From Chloroflexota bacterium (GTDB lineage: Bacteria; Chloroflexota; UBA6077; FW602-bin22; JAMCWG01): a stretch of DNA of 64,000 nt. Shown in pieces: positions 35,990 through 45,115 of the stretch. Position 1 is the first letter of the stretch. Each line of letters opens with the position of its first letter. Position numbers and translations under genes: made by a program. The stretch spans positions 7,046-71,045 of the forward strand of contig JAMCWG010000005.1 in the NCBI GenBank assembly GCA_023475235.1. Direction: 5' to 3'. The notes under the pieces were generated by a model. The model did no database searches. It saw only the letters and a list, made by a program, of their open reading frames with translations, and was not told the DNA's origin.

Positions 35990-36547
35990 ATGATGCCAAT
36001 CGGTCCGCTGATGATTGAGCACCGGCTCATCGAGCGCGTGATGCCTCTCATCGAGGCAGAGCTGGGCCGGATGGCCGAAGTCAAGCGGCTGGATATAGCC
36101 TTCGTCGCAACTATCGCCGATTTCTTCCGCACTTACGCCGAAGCTCTCCATTTTGGGAAGGAGGAGGGCATTCTTTTCCCCACCCTCGGCAAGAAGGACC
36201 TCTTCCCGGACCACAGGAGGATTATGGACGAGCTGATAAGCGAGCACGCCATCGCCCGGCGCGAGGTGGCCCAAATGATCGAAGGAAAGGACAGCTACGC
36301 GCAGGGCAACGCTGCCGCGCTGGATGACGTCTCGGTGGCAATGCGGGGCATCGTCGGCCTCTACCCGGCGCACCAGCAGAAGGAGGACAAGACCTTCTTC
36401 TTTCCGGCGATGGGATATCTCAGTAAGGACGAGCAGGACAGGATGCTCCAGGAGTTCTGGGAGTTTGACCGAAGGGTCCTCCACGACAAGTACAAGAAGA
36501 TAGTGGAGGACCTGCGGAACTGGCCGGGACCTGGTCTGGCTGTGTGA
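35990..36547 (+). CDS. Hemerythrin-like (HHE cation-binding) domain protein
   Basis: PIGPLMIEHRLIERV ... HFGKEEGILFP ... ELISEHAIAR ... with repeated H/E metal ligands. GGAGGGAGGG SD. Confidence 0.75.
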   Translation: MMPIGPLMIEHRLIERVMPLIEAELGRMAEVKRLDIAFVATIADFFRTYAEALHFGKEEGILFPTLGKKDLFPDHRRIMDELISEHAIARREVAQMIEGKDSYAQGNAAALDDVSVAMRGIVGLYPAHQQKEDKTFFFPAMGYLSKDEQDRMLQEFWEFDRRVLHDKYKKIVEDLRNWPGPGLAV

Positions 36548-36577
36548 CGGCGATGTCCAGGGCGCACAGCCCCGCCG

Positions 36578-37138
36578 CTACTTGTTCTTCGAGAAGCCGT
36601 TGACGCCGATGGCCTGCCCGACGGTCCGATATTCCTGCTCGCATACGCCCATCGGCTGAAGCTTGGTGAAATCCCAGCGGCCCCGCTCGTCCAGGCGATC
36701 CTCGTCGATGTGGATCGCTACTGCCTGGACGATAAACAGGTCGTGGCTCCCCAGGTGTAGCTTGTGCTCCAGCACGCATTCGATGTTCACCGGGCACTCG
36801 GCGATCAAGGGCGCCTTCACTTTCTCGGCCTTGGCCATCGTCAGCTTGGCGGCGGCGAACTTGTCGGTGTCGCGTCCCGACGTGTTCCCGCAGAAGTCGG
36901 CGGCCCACAGATGGTCGACATCGGGGATATTCAGCACGCACTCGCCGGCGTTGGTGATGCCGGGGTTAGAATAGCGACTGGGCCGGATCGCCAGGCCGAA
37001 CTTCGGGGGATCGCCGCATACCACGCCGACGCCCGCCAGCGTGACGATATTCGGCTTGCCCTGCCCGTCCAGGTAACTGACCATAATCACCGGCTTGGGA
37101 AAAATCCCGGTACGCAGACCCTGTAACTTCTTACCCAC
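36578..37138 (-). CDS. Flavin reductase-like (FMN-binding split-barrel) protein
   Basis: PKPVIMVSYLDGQGKPNIVTLAGVGVVCGDPPKFGLAIRPSRYS pattern. AAGGAGG SD before the GTG at 37138. Confidence 0.75.
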   Translation of the reverse strand: MGKKLQGLRTGIFPKPVIMVSYLDGQGKPNIVTLAGVGVVCGDPPKFGLAIRPSRYSNPGITNAGECVLNIPDVDHLWAADFCGNTSGRDTDKFAAAKLTMAKAEKVKAPLIAECPVNIECVLEHKLHLGSHDLFIVQAVAIHIDEDRLDERGRWDFTKLQPMGVCEQEYRTVGQAIGVNGFSKNK

Positions 37139-37292
37139 ACCAGACCTCCTTGCCGAACTTGTCCAAGGCTGTGTCCATTGTTGGCCGGCAACACTGGTGC
37201 GACGCCGCGCCCTTCGCCGTAGCCGCCCAATTCCTGTGCCTTGGGAATGTTGCGAGGCTGATTATAAGGCTCCTCTGCTCACTTGGGCAATA

Positions 37293-37321
37293 TTGACAGC
37301 GAGGGCTGCCAACCCTATTAT
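37293..37321 (+). promoter_or_regulatory. Near-consensus sigma-70-like promoter
   Basis: TTGACA (37293-37298), 17-nt spacer, TATTAT (37316-37321), about 130 nt upstream of the SBP start. Confidence 0.5.
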
Positions 37322-37449
37322 TCGGCAATCCCCAGGTAGTCTACGGAAGGAAGGAGGACGAGGAGGCGCACAGGGATATAGTTACAGGCTGCCACCCGGC
37401 AAAGCAGACGACGCCAACGCACAAGAAGAAAGCTTAGGAGAGGAGAGAA

Positions 37450-39138
37450 GTGTCTCGGTTGATGTGGAAGCTTATCCCGCTGGCAGTGGTTGCCAGCCTG
37501 ATGGCTGCCTGCACGGCGGTTGCCCCTTCAGCAACGCCAGCCAAGCCGGCCGCCTCAACGGTAGCACCAACGGTCGCCGCCACAACCGCTCCCAAGGCCG
37601 AAGCGGCCACTCCGAAACCGGCGGCACCAACCCCGACACCGGCCCCGAAGATCAAGCGGGGCGGCACGCTCCGGGTCGCCGAGGAGGAACATATTCCCCA
37701 CCTCGATCCGTATCTTTCGGCATCCGCCCACCGCGGTGTGTACGGGCTGGTCTACAATTCACTGGTGCGCCGTAACCTGTCTGATCCCAACACCGGCAAG
37801 TTTGAGGTGCAGCCGGCGCTGGCCGAATCCTGGCAGGTCGTCGACCCCACGACGGTGGTCTTCAAGCTGCGCAAAGGCGTGAAGTTCCACGATGGCTCCG
37901 ATTTCGATGCAGAAGTGGCCAAATGGAACCTCGACCGGATGGCCAAGAATCCGCAGTCGGTGGCCAAGGATGTGGTGGAATCCATCGAGCAGGTGGAAGT
38001 GGTGGACAAGGACACCATCAAGCTCCACCTGAAAGCTCCATCCGCCTCCCTCCTCGTGATGCTCACTCCCGGTGGCTCGGCCGGTCGCTCCCGCATCGTC
38101 TCGAAGGCGGCGGTGGAGAAGCTGGGGGACCAGGAGTTCGGCCGCGCGGGGATTGGCTCCGGGCCGATGCGGGTGACCAAATGGGTGCCTGACGACCGCG
38201 TTCTGATGGAGCGCTTCGACGGCTACTGGGAGAAGGGCGAGGACGGTAAGCCCCTGCCCTACATCGACGCGGTGGTGGACCGCTTCATACCCGATCCCAC
38301 GACGATTCTGGCGGAGCTAAGGGTAGGAACGATCGATCTGACCGACCGCATCGACGTCAAGGACGTGACGACGGTCAAGTCGGCGTCGAATCTCGTCTAC
38401 TGGGAGATACCCTGGGGCGGCGTGGGCACCTACCTGGGCATAAACGCCCAGCAAGGTCCTTTCGCCAGCAACCTCAAGCTTCGCCAGGCAGCCGCGCACG
38501 CAATGAATCGGGACGCGATGGTCAAGACCCTGCTCTACGGCATCGGCGGGCCCCTTTACTGGCCATGGGCAAAAGGAGACCTGGGATACGACGAAAGCTC
38601 GCCGTACTACAAGACCGATCCGGCCCGTGCCAAGCAACTGGTGAGCGAGGCCGGCTACCCCTCGGGCATCGACGCGCGTCTGATGATTTATGGTCCGCCG
38701 ATCCGGCTCCGCAATGCGGAGATGATGAAGCAAATGCTGGACGACGTGGGTATCCGCACCACGATCGACAACTTTGAGCGGCTGGCATGGATCAACAAAG
38801 CACGCACGCGTGAGGGGTGGGACCTGCTGCTGGTCGCGTTCGATATATTCCCCGACCCTGACGGCCACTCACGCAATCTGACCACCACCGGCCTGGGCAA
38901 TTGGACCGGACAGCAAAATCCCGAAATGGACAAGTGTATGGCCGCAGGGCGCTCCAGCTACGACCCGAAGCAGCGGCACGAGGCGTACAAGCGATGCAGC
39001 GATGTCATCTACAATGACGCCTACTTCACCACGCTGTGGCTCCTGCCCCATAACTTCGTCTTTCAGAAGAACGTTAAAGGCGTCACGATGGAATACTACC
39101 GGATGTGGGACGCCAAGTACGTCTGGCTGGACAACTGA
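37450..39138 (+). CDS. ABC transporter substrate-binding protein, family 5, lipoprotein-type
   Basis: Signal/lipobox LAVVASLMAAC, Ala/Pro/Thr linker, then an SBP_bac_5-like body. Paralog of the truncated gene at 1-1200. Confidence 0.9.
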   Translation: MSRLMWKLIPLAVVASLMAACTAVAPSATPAKPAASTVAPTVAATTAPKAEAATPKPAAPTPTPAPKIKRGGTLRVAEEEHIPHLDPYLSASAHRGVYGLVYNSLVRRNLSDPNTGKFEVQPALAESWQVVDPTTVVFKLRKGVKFHDGSDFDAEVAKWNLDRMAKNPQSVAKDVVESIEQVEVVDKDTIKLHLKAPSASLLVMLTPGGSAGRSRIVSKAAVEKLGDQEFGRAGIGSGPMRVTKWVPDDRVLMERFDGYWEKGEDGKPLPYIDAVVDRFIPDPTTILAELRVGTIDLTDRIDVKDVTTVKSASNLVYWEIPWGGVGTYLGINAQQGPFASNLKLRQAAAHAMNRDAMVKTLLYGIGGPLYWPWAKGDLGYDESSPYYKTDPARAKQLVSEAGYPSGIDARLMIYGPPIRLRNAEMMKQMLDDVGIRTTIDNFERLAWINKARTREGWDLLLVAFDIFPDPDGHSRNLTTTGLGNWTGQQNPEMDKCMAAGRSSYDPKQRHEAYKRCSDVIYNDAYFTTLWLLPHNFVFQKNVKGVTMEYYRMWDAKYVWLDN

Positions 39139-39164
39139 GACTACGCTCGCGGCGCGAGACTGAC

Positions 39165-39198
39165 GGGGCGCGCTACACTGGCGCGCCCCGCTGTTTTC
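39165..39198 (+). terminator. Rho-independent terminator
   Basis: GGGGCGCGC (39165-39173), 7-nt loop, GCGCGCCCC (39181-39189), then GCTGTTTTC. Lies 27 nt after the SBP stop. Confidence 0.65.
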
Positions 39199-39324
39199 AG
39201 TAGTAAGCGCCATCCCCGGCCTTGCCCGCCTCCGGGCAAAGAATTGACCCTGCACCTCACCGGCCCTAAACTGGAAGGTGGGAACATTTGCTGGCCCGGC
39301 AGCGTCTAACCAGGAGAGGCACCA

Positions 39325-40359
39325 GTGGAGGTACGCGGTGGAGGTGACAACTTGAGCAAACGGTCGACGGTATGCCTGATAGTCTTTCTTGTCGTGCTTG
39401 TAGCTGGTGCGGCTGCCTACGCCGCGGGGAACAGCCTCGGCTTGGGGCCGGCGCTGGCCCAGGGGCCAGATGAGTCGCCGCTGCTGGAGCTGGCCCAGCG
39501 CCTGCTGGCGCCGCCGCTCCCCGGCCCCTTCGGCCAGCCCCAGGCCATTCAACTCATGCCCGGCCAGTTGCCTGCCGGCCTGCCACTCGACGTGCCCGTG
39601 CCCCCGGGCGCGACCACTATCGGCAGCGCCGTCCACACTACGGGCGACCGGACCTCCAGCGTAGACGTGCTGTTCGATATGCCCGGAGATAGCGCGAGCC
39701 TGCTTGCCTTCTATCAGCAGGAGCTCCCGGCCAGAGGGTGGAATCCTGCCCCCGCTGCCACAGCCGCGCCCCACGGCTTCCAGTCGCCGCAGCCGGTGGT
39801 GAACCGCTCCTTCTGCCAGAGCCCGACAGGCCCGTGGCTGTCGGTGAGCATCTACCCCAAAGTCAGCGGGCCTAACGACGTCCGCCTCCACCTGGACCCC
39901 GTCAACCCCGGTCCCTGCGGCCAGCTCGGGCCGCTGCCCAGCAGGCTGCCGCCGGGTGCAGACCTGGTGCCGCCGCTGTACCCACCCAGCGGCGTGCCCC
40001 TGCAGACCTTTGGCAGCGGGATAGGGCCCGGCCGATGGGGGTCGGACGCCATAGCCGAAACGGGCCAGGACGTGGCCGCCCTGGAGGCCGGCTTCGCCCG
40101 CCAGCTCCAGGCTGCCGGATGGTCGCGGACCGCTGGCCGGGCCGACGGGCCGCTGGCATGGAGCACCTGGACAGTGCCCGGCGACGGAGGCTGGCAGGGG
40201 TTCCTCTACGTGCTACAGGAGCCGGGCACCAACCGGCGCTCGATGCACGTGCACGTGGAATCAGCCACCGCACCCTTCGGCCCGACCGGGCCGCTGCCGG
40301 CGCCGCAAGCGCCACCGGCGCCTCCGACCGCACCGCCGCCTGCCCCTGCAATGCCCTAA
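39325..40359 (+). CDS. Hypothetical secreted/membrane-anchored protein with Pro-rich tail
   Basis: GTG preceded by GGAGAGG. N-terminal anchor VCLIVFLVVLVAGAAAYAA. C-terminal PAPQAPPAPPTAPPPAPAMP. I recognise no family. Confidence 0.5.
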   Translation: MEVRGGGDNLSKRSTVCLIVFLVVLVAGAAAYAAGNSLGLGPALAQGPDESPLLELAQRLLAPPLPGPFGQPQAIQLMPGQLPAGLPLDVPVPPGATTIGSAVHTTGDRTSSVDVLFDMPGDSASLLAFYQQELPARGWNPAPAATAAPHGFQSPQPVVNRSFCQSPTGPWLSVSIYPKVSGPNDVRLHLDPVNPGPCGQLGPLPSRLPPGADLVPPLYPPSGVPLQTFGSGIGPGRWGSDAIAETGQDVAALEAGFARQLQAAGWSRTAGRADGPLAWSTWTVPGDGGWQGFLYVLQEPGTNRRSMHVHVESATAPFGPTGPLPAPQAPPAPPTAPPPAPAMP

Positions 40360-40502
40360 AGCCCGATGACGGAATAGCGCCGCTGCCGGTGCGCCTGGAC
40401 ATACGGCCGGCCTGATTCACAGGCGGCCCGGGTGCTGCCACGCAGGTGGCTCCATCCCGGGCCGTCACCCGTCTATTCAGTCCTCAGGGCAGAGGACCCT
40501 GC

Positions 40503-42599
40503 TCAAGGGCTGCAGGTGGAGACGTACAGGCTCCCCGAGTACGTGCTCACTGGCATATTCAGAGGCGGCTGGATGAAGAAGCTCATGGCGGCCGTCTGGC
40601 CTGGCACCAGGTACTTGGTGAAGCATTGGAGCTGGCCCGCCTTGAAGCCCAGTCCCTCGCCGAAGAATTGAGAACGGAAGTCTGTTACCCTTTGCACGCC
40701 CGATACGTCTACCATCGCGTTGAAAGTCAGGCCCGGCCGGAATGGCACGTTCCCGAGATTCCTGATGGTGGGCCGGCCGTCGTTGAGCACGAATAGATTG
40801 TCCCCAACGATGTTTGAGGACGCTGCTGGCAGCACCTTGCCGAAATCCACGGTATTGAAATCGAGATCGAACGCGATCAGGCCCAGGTAGACGAAGCCGG
40901 TAGATGTTCTGGATACTTCGACACCGCTCGCATCGGTAAGCACGACGTCGACGCTGTAGTTATCCGGCGGGGCGTAGCTTTCCAGCCCAAATGTCGCCCC
41001 ATACATTACGGACGTGCGCATCTTGAGCGAATCATTGATCGCGCTGGCCTGCGCTGCCGTCAGCAGCCCGGAGCCCACAGCACTATTCAATGCGCTATCA
41101 ATCACGCTGGTGTCGGCCACCGGCCTGAAGGAAAGCGTGGCGATCTTGGTCCCGGTCCCATACGCGACGCGCCCCGAAAGGGCAGGCATCGTATCCGTGA
41201 TGGCCGCGCTCCTTCCAGACATATCCAAAACTACCCAGGCGTTCGCCTCTCGGGTGGCGCCCATACGCGGCGTTATCTGAATGCCGGAGGTAACGGGATC
41301 GTCGTCCGGCGTTACCCAGGCTGATCCGATCTTCGGCGGTCCAGGAGTGAGCGTAACCGTTGGGGTCACATCCGGCGTGACGGTGCCCGTCGGGCTGGAC
41401 GTCGAGGTGGCAGTCGCTGTTTGGGTCGAAGTCGGCGTGGATGTGGGCGAGGCCGTGGCCGTCGTGCTGGGAGTGGGCGAGAATGTGCCCGTGGCGCTGG
41501 GCGTGGGCGAGCTCGTCGCCGTATCGGTAGGGCTGGGCGTTGGCGTCGACGTCGGGTTGGGCGTCGACGTGGGCGTCGGCGTGTCAGTTGGCAGCGGCGT
41601 CGGCGTATCGCTTGGGACCGCCGTTGGTGTGTCCGTAGGCAGGGGCGTCGGGGTTGACGTATCGGTTGGACCAGGCGTCGGCGTCGACGAGGGCGTGCCC
41701 GGCGGCGTTAGCGTCGACGTCGGCGTCGCGGTGGCAGTGCTCGTGGAGGTGGGCGCAGGCGGGAGGGTCGGCGTAGCGGAAGGCACCTGGGTGGCCGTCG
41801 AGGTGGGAGTTGCCACAACCGTGGCGGTCGCCGTGCTCGAAGGGACCGGGGTCGGCGTGGCCGTAGCCAGGCCGACAAGCCCGGACACGGGTGTGCTCGT
41901 CGGCGAGCCTGCCGGGTCGGGCGGTAGGGTAGCCGTCACGCTGATCTCCACCGTCGCGGTAGTTGTGCTCTCCGGGGAAGCCTGGGGCGTCGCTGTAGAG
42001 TCAGAAGGGAGCGTAGCCGTGGGCGTGAGGCTTGCACTGGCCGTCGCGCTCGGCGTCGGAGTCGCTCCCGCCCCGACCTTCGTGGGCGTCCCGGTAACGC
42101 AGGGGGTGGGCGTGGCGGCGGTCCCTTTGGGGACGGTCGCCGTAGGGCTGGGCGTGCTGCTGGAGCAGGGTGTGGGTGTGACGGTGGGAGTCGTTGTCAC
42201 GGTGGCTGCCGGAGTCGTCATCACGGTGGCCGTGGGAGTTGTGGCGGCCTTGACAGTACCGGTAGCGCTCGGCGTAGAGGCAGATACGACGCTGCCGGTG
42301 GGGATGCTTGTGGGGCTGCTCGCGGGCTTGGACGTGGCGGTGGCGGCGCGCGCCGCGGTCTTCGTGGCTGCGGGAGGAGAAGTCGCGCTCGGCGCGGTCG
42401 TAGCTGGGGCCGTGGCCGCCGCCTGCTGCCTGTCCGCCGCTAGGCGTGGCACCGCTGGCGTCGGGCTCCTCGCGACGGCGTCCGCCGCGGCAACGGCGGG
42501 GAAATCGGTGAGAGCCATCAGCGCGGGGAGGGCGGCTGCCGTCACGAATGCCAGCACGGTGGCCAAGCCAAGCAGCCAATTCACGCTTTTCCTATTCAT
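40503..42599 (-). CDS. Secreted surface protein: signal peptide, about 380-aa Thr/Pro/Ser/Ala-rich stalk, then C-terminal two-domain region paralogous to 44111..45115
   Basis: Signal peptide ending AVAAAD. Low-complexity PT stalk. The C-terminal about 270 aa aligns with the 334-aa protein (LDFNTVDFGKVLPA vs IDFTVVDYGSILPG; RPTIRNLGNVP vs KPTVWNRGNNP; FFIQPPLNMPVSTYSGSL vs FSIHAPSNAPQDAYTGTM). Confidence 0.7.
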   Translation of the reverse strand: MNRKSVNWLLGLATVLAFVTAAALPALMALTDFPAVAAADAVARSPTPAVPRLAADRQQAAATAPATTAPSATSPPAATKTAARAATATSKPASSPTSIPTGSVVSASTPSATGTVKAATTPTATVMTTPAATVTTTPTVTPTPCSSSTPSPTATVPKGTAATPTPCVTGTPTKVGAGATPTPSATASASLTPTATLPSDSTATPQASPESTTTATVEISVTATLPPDPAGSPTSTPVSGLVGLATATPTPVPSSTATATVVATPTSTATQVPSATPTLPPAPTSTSTATATPTSTLTPPGTPSSTPTPGPTDTSTPTPLPTDTPTAVPSDTPTPLPTDTPTPTSTPNPTSTPTPSPTDTATSSPTPSATGTFSPTPSTTATASPTSTPTSTQTATATSTSSPTGTVTPDVTPTVTLTPGPPKIGSAWVTPDDDPVTSGIQITPRMGATREANAWVVLDMSGRSAAITDTMPALSGRVAYGTGTKIATLSFRPVADTSVIDSALNSAVGSGLLTAAQASAINDSLKMRTSVMYGATFGLESYAPPDNYSVDVVLTDASGVEVSRTSTGFVYLGLIAFDLDFNTVDFGKVLPAASSNIVGDNLFVLNDGRPTIRNLGNVPFRPGLTFNAMVDVSGVQRVTDFRSQFFGEGLGFKAGQLQCFTKYLVPGQTAAMSFFIQPPLNMPVSTYSGSLYVSTCSP
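41327..42467 (-). repeat. Low-complexity Thr/Pro/Ser/Ala-coding region (degenerate short tandem repeats)
   Basis: The translation is almost only T, P, S, A, with reiterated units such as PTDTPTP, TSTPTP and TATATS. The antisense strand yields a spurious Gly/Val-rich ORF. Confidence 0.7.
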
Positions 42600-42684
42600 C
42601 CGATCTCCACAACTCTCTTCTTTGGCCGAAAGGCCCTCCCTTGTTCTCGGCTAGGCGAGCTGACGATACGCATCGTACTCCGCA

Positions 42685-43986
42685 TCAGGCCACGCGGCCG
42701 CTCTTTGCCCGCCGCCCCAGCATTAAGAAGACGCCGATGATGAGGGCCAGCACGGCGATCCCTTCCACCGAAGCCAGCATAATCCACGTGTTGCTGCTCG
42801 ATACTTCTTTTGCCTGGGTCGGTTGCAGGGCCTCCTCGACCGGCACCGCCTTGAAGGAGAGTTCCCTCGCGCTGGTCAGCTTGCCGCCGTAGTCCACCTG
42901 CGCACTTATGGAATAATTCCCGGGCTCCTCCAGCTTGAAGTAGGACACGAGCTGGCCCAACTGGTTCTTGAGGACCGATAGCCCGCGGCTCTCCAGGATG
43001 CCGACGAGGACGCCATCCCGCCGGATCTCGCCGACCAGGGTGGCCGGCGTCTCGATCTGCCCGGTGTTCGCGAAGGTGGCCGCGATTTTCAAGACGTTGC
43101 CCACCACCGGCATTCCCTCGCTGGTCAGCTCTCTAAGCTCGCCAGCCCTGGTCAGCGTGCCTATGGGTAGCAGCTTGAAATTGACGTCCTCCTGGGCGAT
43201 GACCTCCTCTGGCCCGTTGGACGAGCCGGCTATCGATACCTTCACCTTGGCCACGTAATCGCCGGCGCGCCAGCCCACGGTATCCGCGTCGATGTGAATC
43301 AGCTCCAACGAGTCCGGCTTGACTGTCGTGCTATTGTGCTCGTATTTCCCGGCAGGCAAGGTGCCCTCATATATTTCGGCTGTGAGCCTCGGCTTCACCG
43401 CTACGTTGCCCTTGTTGCTGACACCAGCGGTCAGCCGGACCGGATAGTTCACCTCTGTGTCGGGTGCGGTGATTCCCTCGGCGGTGGCCCTCAGAATCTG
43501 GTTCCCCGTAACCTCGACTCTCACTCTGGCCTGTGCCTGGATGGCGACCGTCTGTCCCTGTTGATCTTCCGTTTTGCCCGTCGCTTTGGGGAGCTCAACC
43601 GGGGCGGTCGTCACGAGGATCCTGGCCTCGTAGGTGCCATTTGCCGCTTGTTGGGGAATGTTGAAGCGGGCCACGAGCTGTTTATTTCCGCTGGGAGGGA
43701 CGGTCACGCGCTGGATAGGGGTAGGGGAATCGGGCTTCTCGTAGAAACGGATCCAGGCGCCCCCTTCCCCAGAGGTGCTCAACGTGTAACTGGTCTCCTG
43801 CGGCTCCGGGTTCAGTACCATCACAACTTTGTCGTACTCGGCGCCCCTCAGCGCTTGGTAGAGCTCGATGCTGGCCGGGGCCACCCCGACGCCCGCGGCC
43901 GATGCCGGCGCCACAAGGAGAAGGCCGTTTCCGAGAAGCAGGAAAATCACCATTGCAGTTATCGCCGTCAGTTTCCACACACCCAT
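42685..43986 (-). CDS. Cell-surface protein with signal peptide, tandem Ig-like (beta-sandwich) domains and C-terminal TM anchor
   Basis: Signal peptide LLVAPASAAG. Repeated strand patterns (VTVPPSGNKQLVARFNIPQQAANGTYEARILVTT). C-terminal anchor IAVLALIIGVFLMLGRRAKSGR. The architecture resembles COG1470/NEW3-type or DUF916/DUF3324-type proteins; this is an inference. Confidence 0.65.
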   Translation of the reverse strand: MGVWKLTAITAMVIFLLLGNGLLLVAPASAAGVGVAPASIELYQALRGAEYDKVVMVLNPEPQETSYTLSTSGEGGAWIRFYEKPDSPTPIQRVTVPPSGNKQLVARFNIPQQAANGTYEARILVTTAPVELPKATGKTEDQQGQTVAIQAQARVRVEVTGNQILRATAEGITAPDTEVNYPVRLTAGVSNKGNVAVKPRLTAEIYEGTLPAGKYEHNSTTVKPDSLELIHIDADTVGWRAGDYVAKVKVSIAGSSNGPEEVIAQEDVNFKLLPIGTLTRAGELRELTSEGMPVVGNVLKIAATFANTGQIETPATLVGEIRRDGVLVGILESRGLSVLKNQLGQLVSYFKLEEPGNYSISAQVDYGGKLTSARELSFKAVPVEEALQPTQAKEVSSSNTWIMLASVEGIAVLALIIGVFLMLGRRAKSGRVA

Positions 43987-44110
43987 GTCGCGACATCCTC
44001 CCTGTCAAAGTATCTTGAAGCCGGAGGCTATGCGCGCCATCCAGCGCGCATAGCCTTCTCACCTACTGGCAACTCATTGCCTAAATGCTCTATCCTGCCC
44101 CGGTCGGTGA

Positions 44111-45115
44111 CTATGGATCCTCTACAATCGTAATGGTCATCGTGCCCGTGTACGCATCCTGGGGTGCGTTGGAGGGCGCATGAATCGAGAAGTCGATCTG
44201 GGTCGGATTGCACGGTTGGAGCTTGCCATCCGGCGTAACTACCTGGCTGGCGTAGTAGGTCTTCGGAGTGGGGCTGAGACTCGACAGCATCACGTCAAAT
44301 ACAGTGATCACCTTAGTGTACGTGATGCCTGTCATCGGGCTGCTGACGATGTTCAGCGCCCCCGGGTTGTTGCCCCTGTTCCATACCGTCGGCTTGTCGA
44401 CGGTGGTGAAATCGCCGTCGCCTGACTTCCACTTGTCCACGCCGGGCAGGATAGAGCCGTAGTCTACCACAGTGAAGTCGATGGCCAGCGACACGATGCT
44501 ATCGATCATGATGTAGTTTGTCTTCGAGCCGGTCGCGCCCTGGTTGTTGGTTACGGTGGCGACTATCTTGTACTTGCCGGAGAGCTGGTGGACGTCATAG
44601 TCGAAGCACCCTTTGTACGCCAGCGCCTCGAACTTCAAGATCTCCTCGTCGATCTCGGTCTTCTGGGCGGACGTCATCTGCCCGCTGTTCACCGCGGCCG
44701 TCTTGGCGGCCTCGATTGCCACCGTGTCGGTCACATTGACCATGTGTACCTGGATCTTGAACTTGGTCGGAGGATCCTCACCAGGCGTGGCCGGCTCCCA
44801 AACGTCGAAGAACACGCCGGAGATGTTGGCGATACCCATCGTATCGGTGACCACAGCCCAGACGCAGACATCGGCGGGGTTGGGATAGGCTGGGGGAACG
44901 AAGACCGGCGGGATACCGACGCCTGGCAGGCTCATGTCATGCGAAGGCAGCTCCCATTTCGCCTTAATGCCGGGCTTCGCCCCGTCTCCGGTTATCTGCG
45001 CCGTAGTGGTTACCTTCTGGGTGGGCACAGGGGGGTCGGCTGCTGCCGGTAGCGATGTCAGCAACATAGCCAGCACCGCCAGCAGCGCGAACGGTATCAA
45101 TAACCGCTTTTTCAC
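44111..45115 (-). CDS. Secreted beta-rich protein, paralog of the C-terminal region of 40503..42599
   Basis: GTG preceded by GGAGAG. Signal peptide LLTSLPAAAD. Paralogy blocks as listed for 40503..42599. Confidence 0.7.
   Translation of the reverse strand: MKKRLLIPFALLAVLAMLLTSLPAAADPPVPTQKVTTTAQITGDGAKPGIKAKWELPSHDMSLPGVGIPPVFVPPAYPNPADVCVWAVVTDTMGIANISGVFFDVWEPATPGEDPPTKFKIQVHMVNVTDTVAIEAAKTAAVNSGQMTSAQKTEIDEEILKFEALAYKGCFDYDVHQLSGKYKIVATVTNNQGATGSKTNYIMIDSIVSLAIDFTVVDYGSILPGVDKWKSGDGDFTTVDKPTVWNRGNNPGALNIVSSPMTGITYTKVITVFDVMLSSLSPTPKTYYASQVVTPDGKLQPCNPTQIDFSIHAPSNAPQDAYTGTMTITIVEDP

Noticed and set aside
38869-39891. 340-aa minus-strand ORF spanning the end of the SBP gene, its terminator and the start of the next gene
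   Set aside because: It crosses a clear terminator hairpin and two better-supported plus-strand genes, and it has Arg/Gly/Ala-rich shadow composition.
41327-42467. Possible CRISPR-like or tandem-repeat array because of the reiterated short motifs
   Set aside because: The repeats are degenerate, in frame and code for a Thr/Pro stalk within a long ORF. There is no repeat-spacer periodicity of 25-40 nt.
41281-42654. 457-aa Gly/Val-rich plus-strand ORF
   Set aside because: It is the mirror image of the Thr/Pro-rich coding repeat on the minus strand. It has no start context or signal features and is a typical antisense artefact of a low-complexity GC-rich region.
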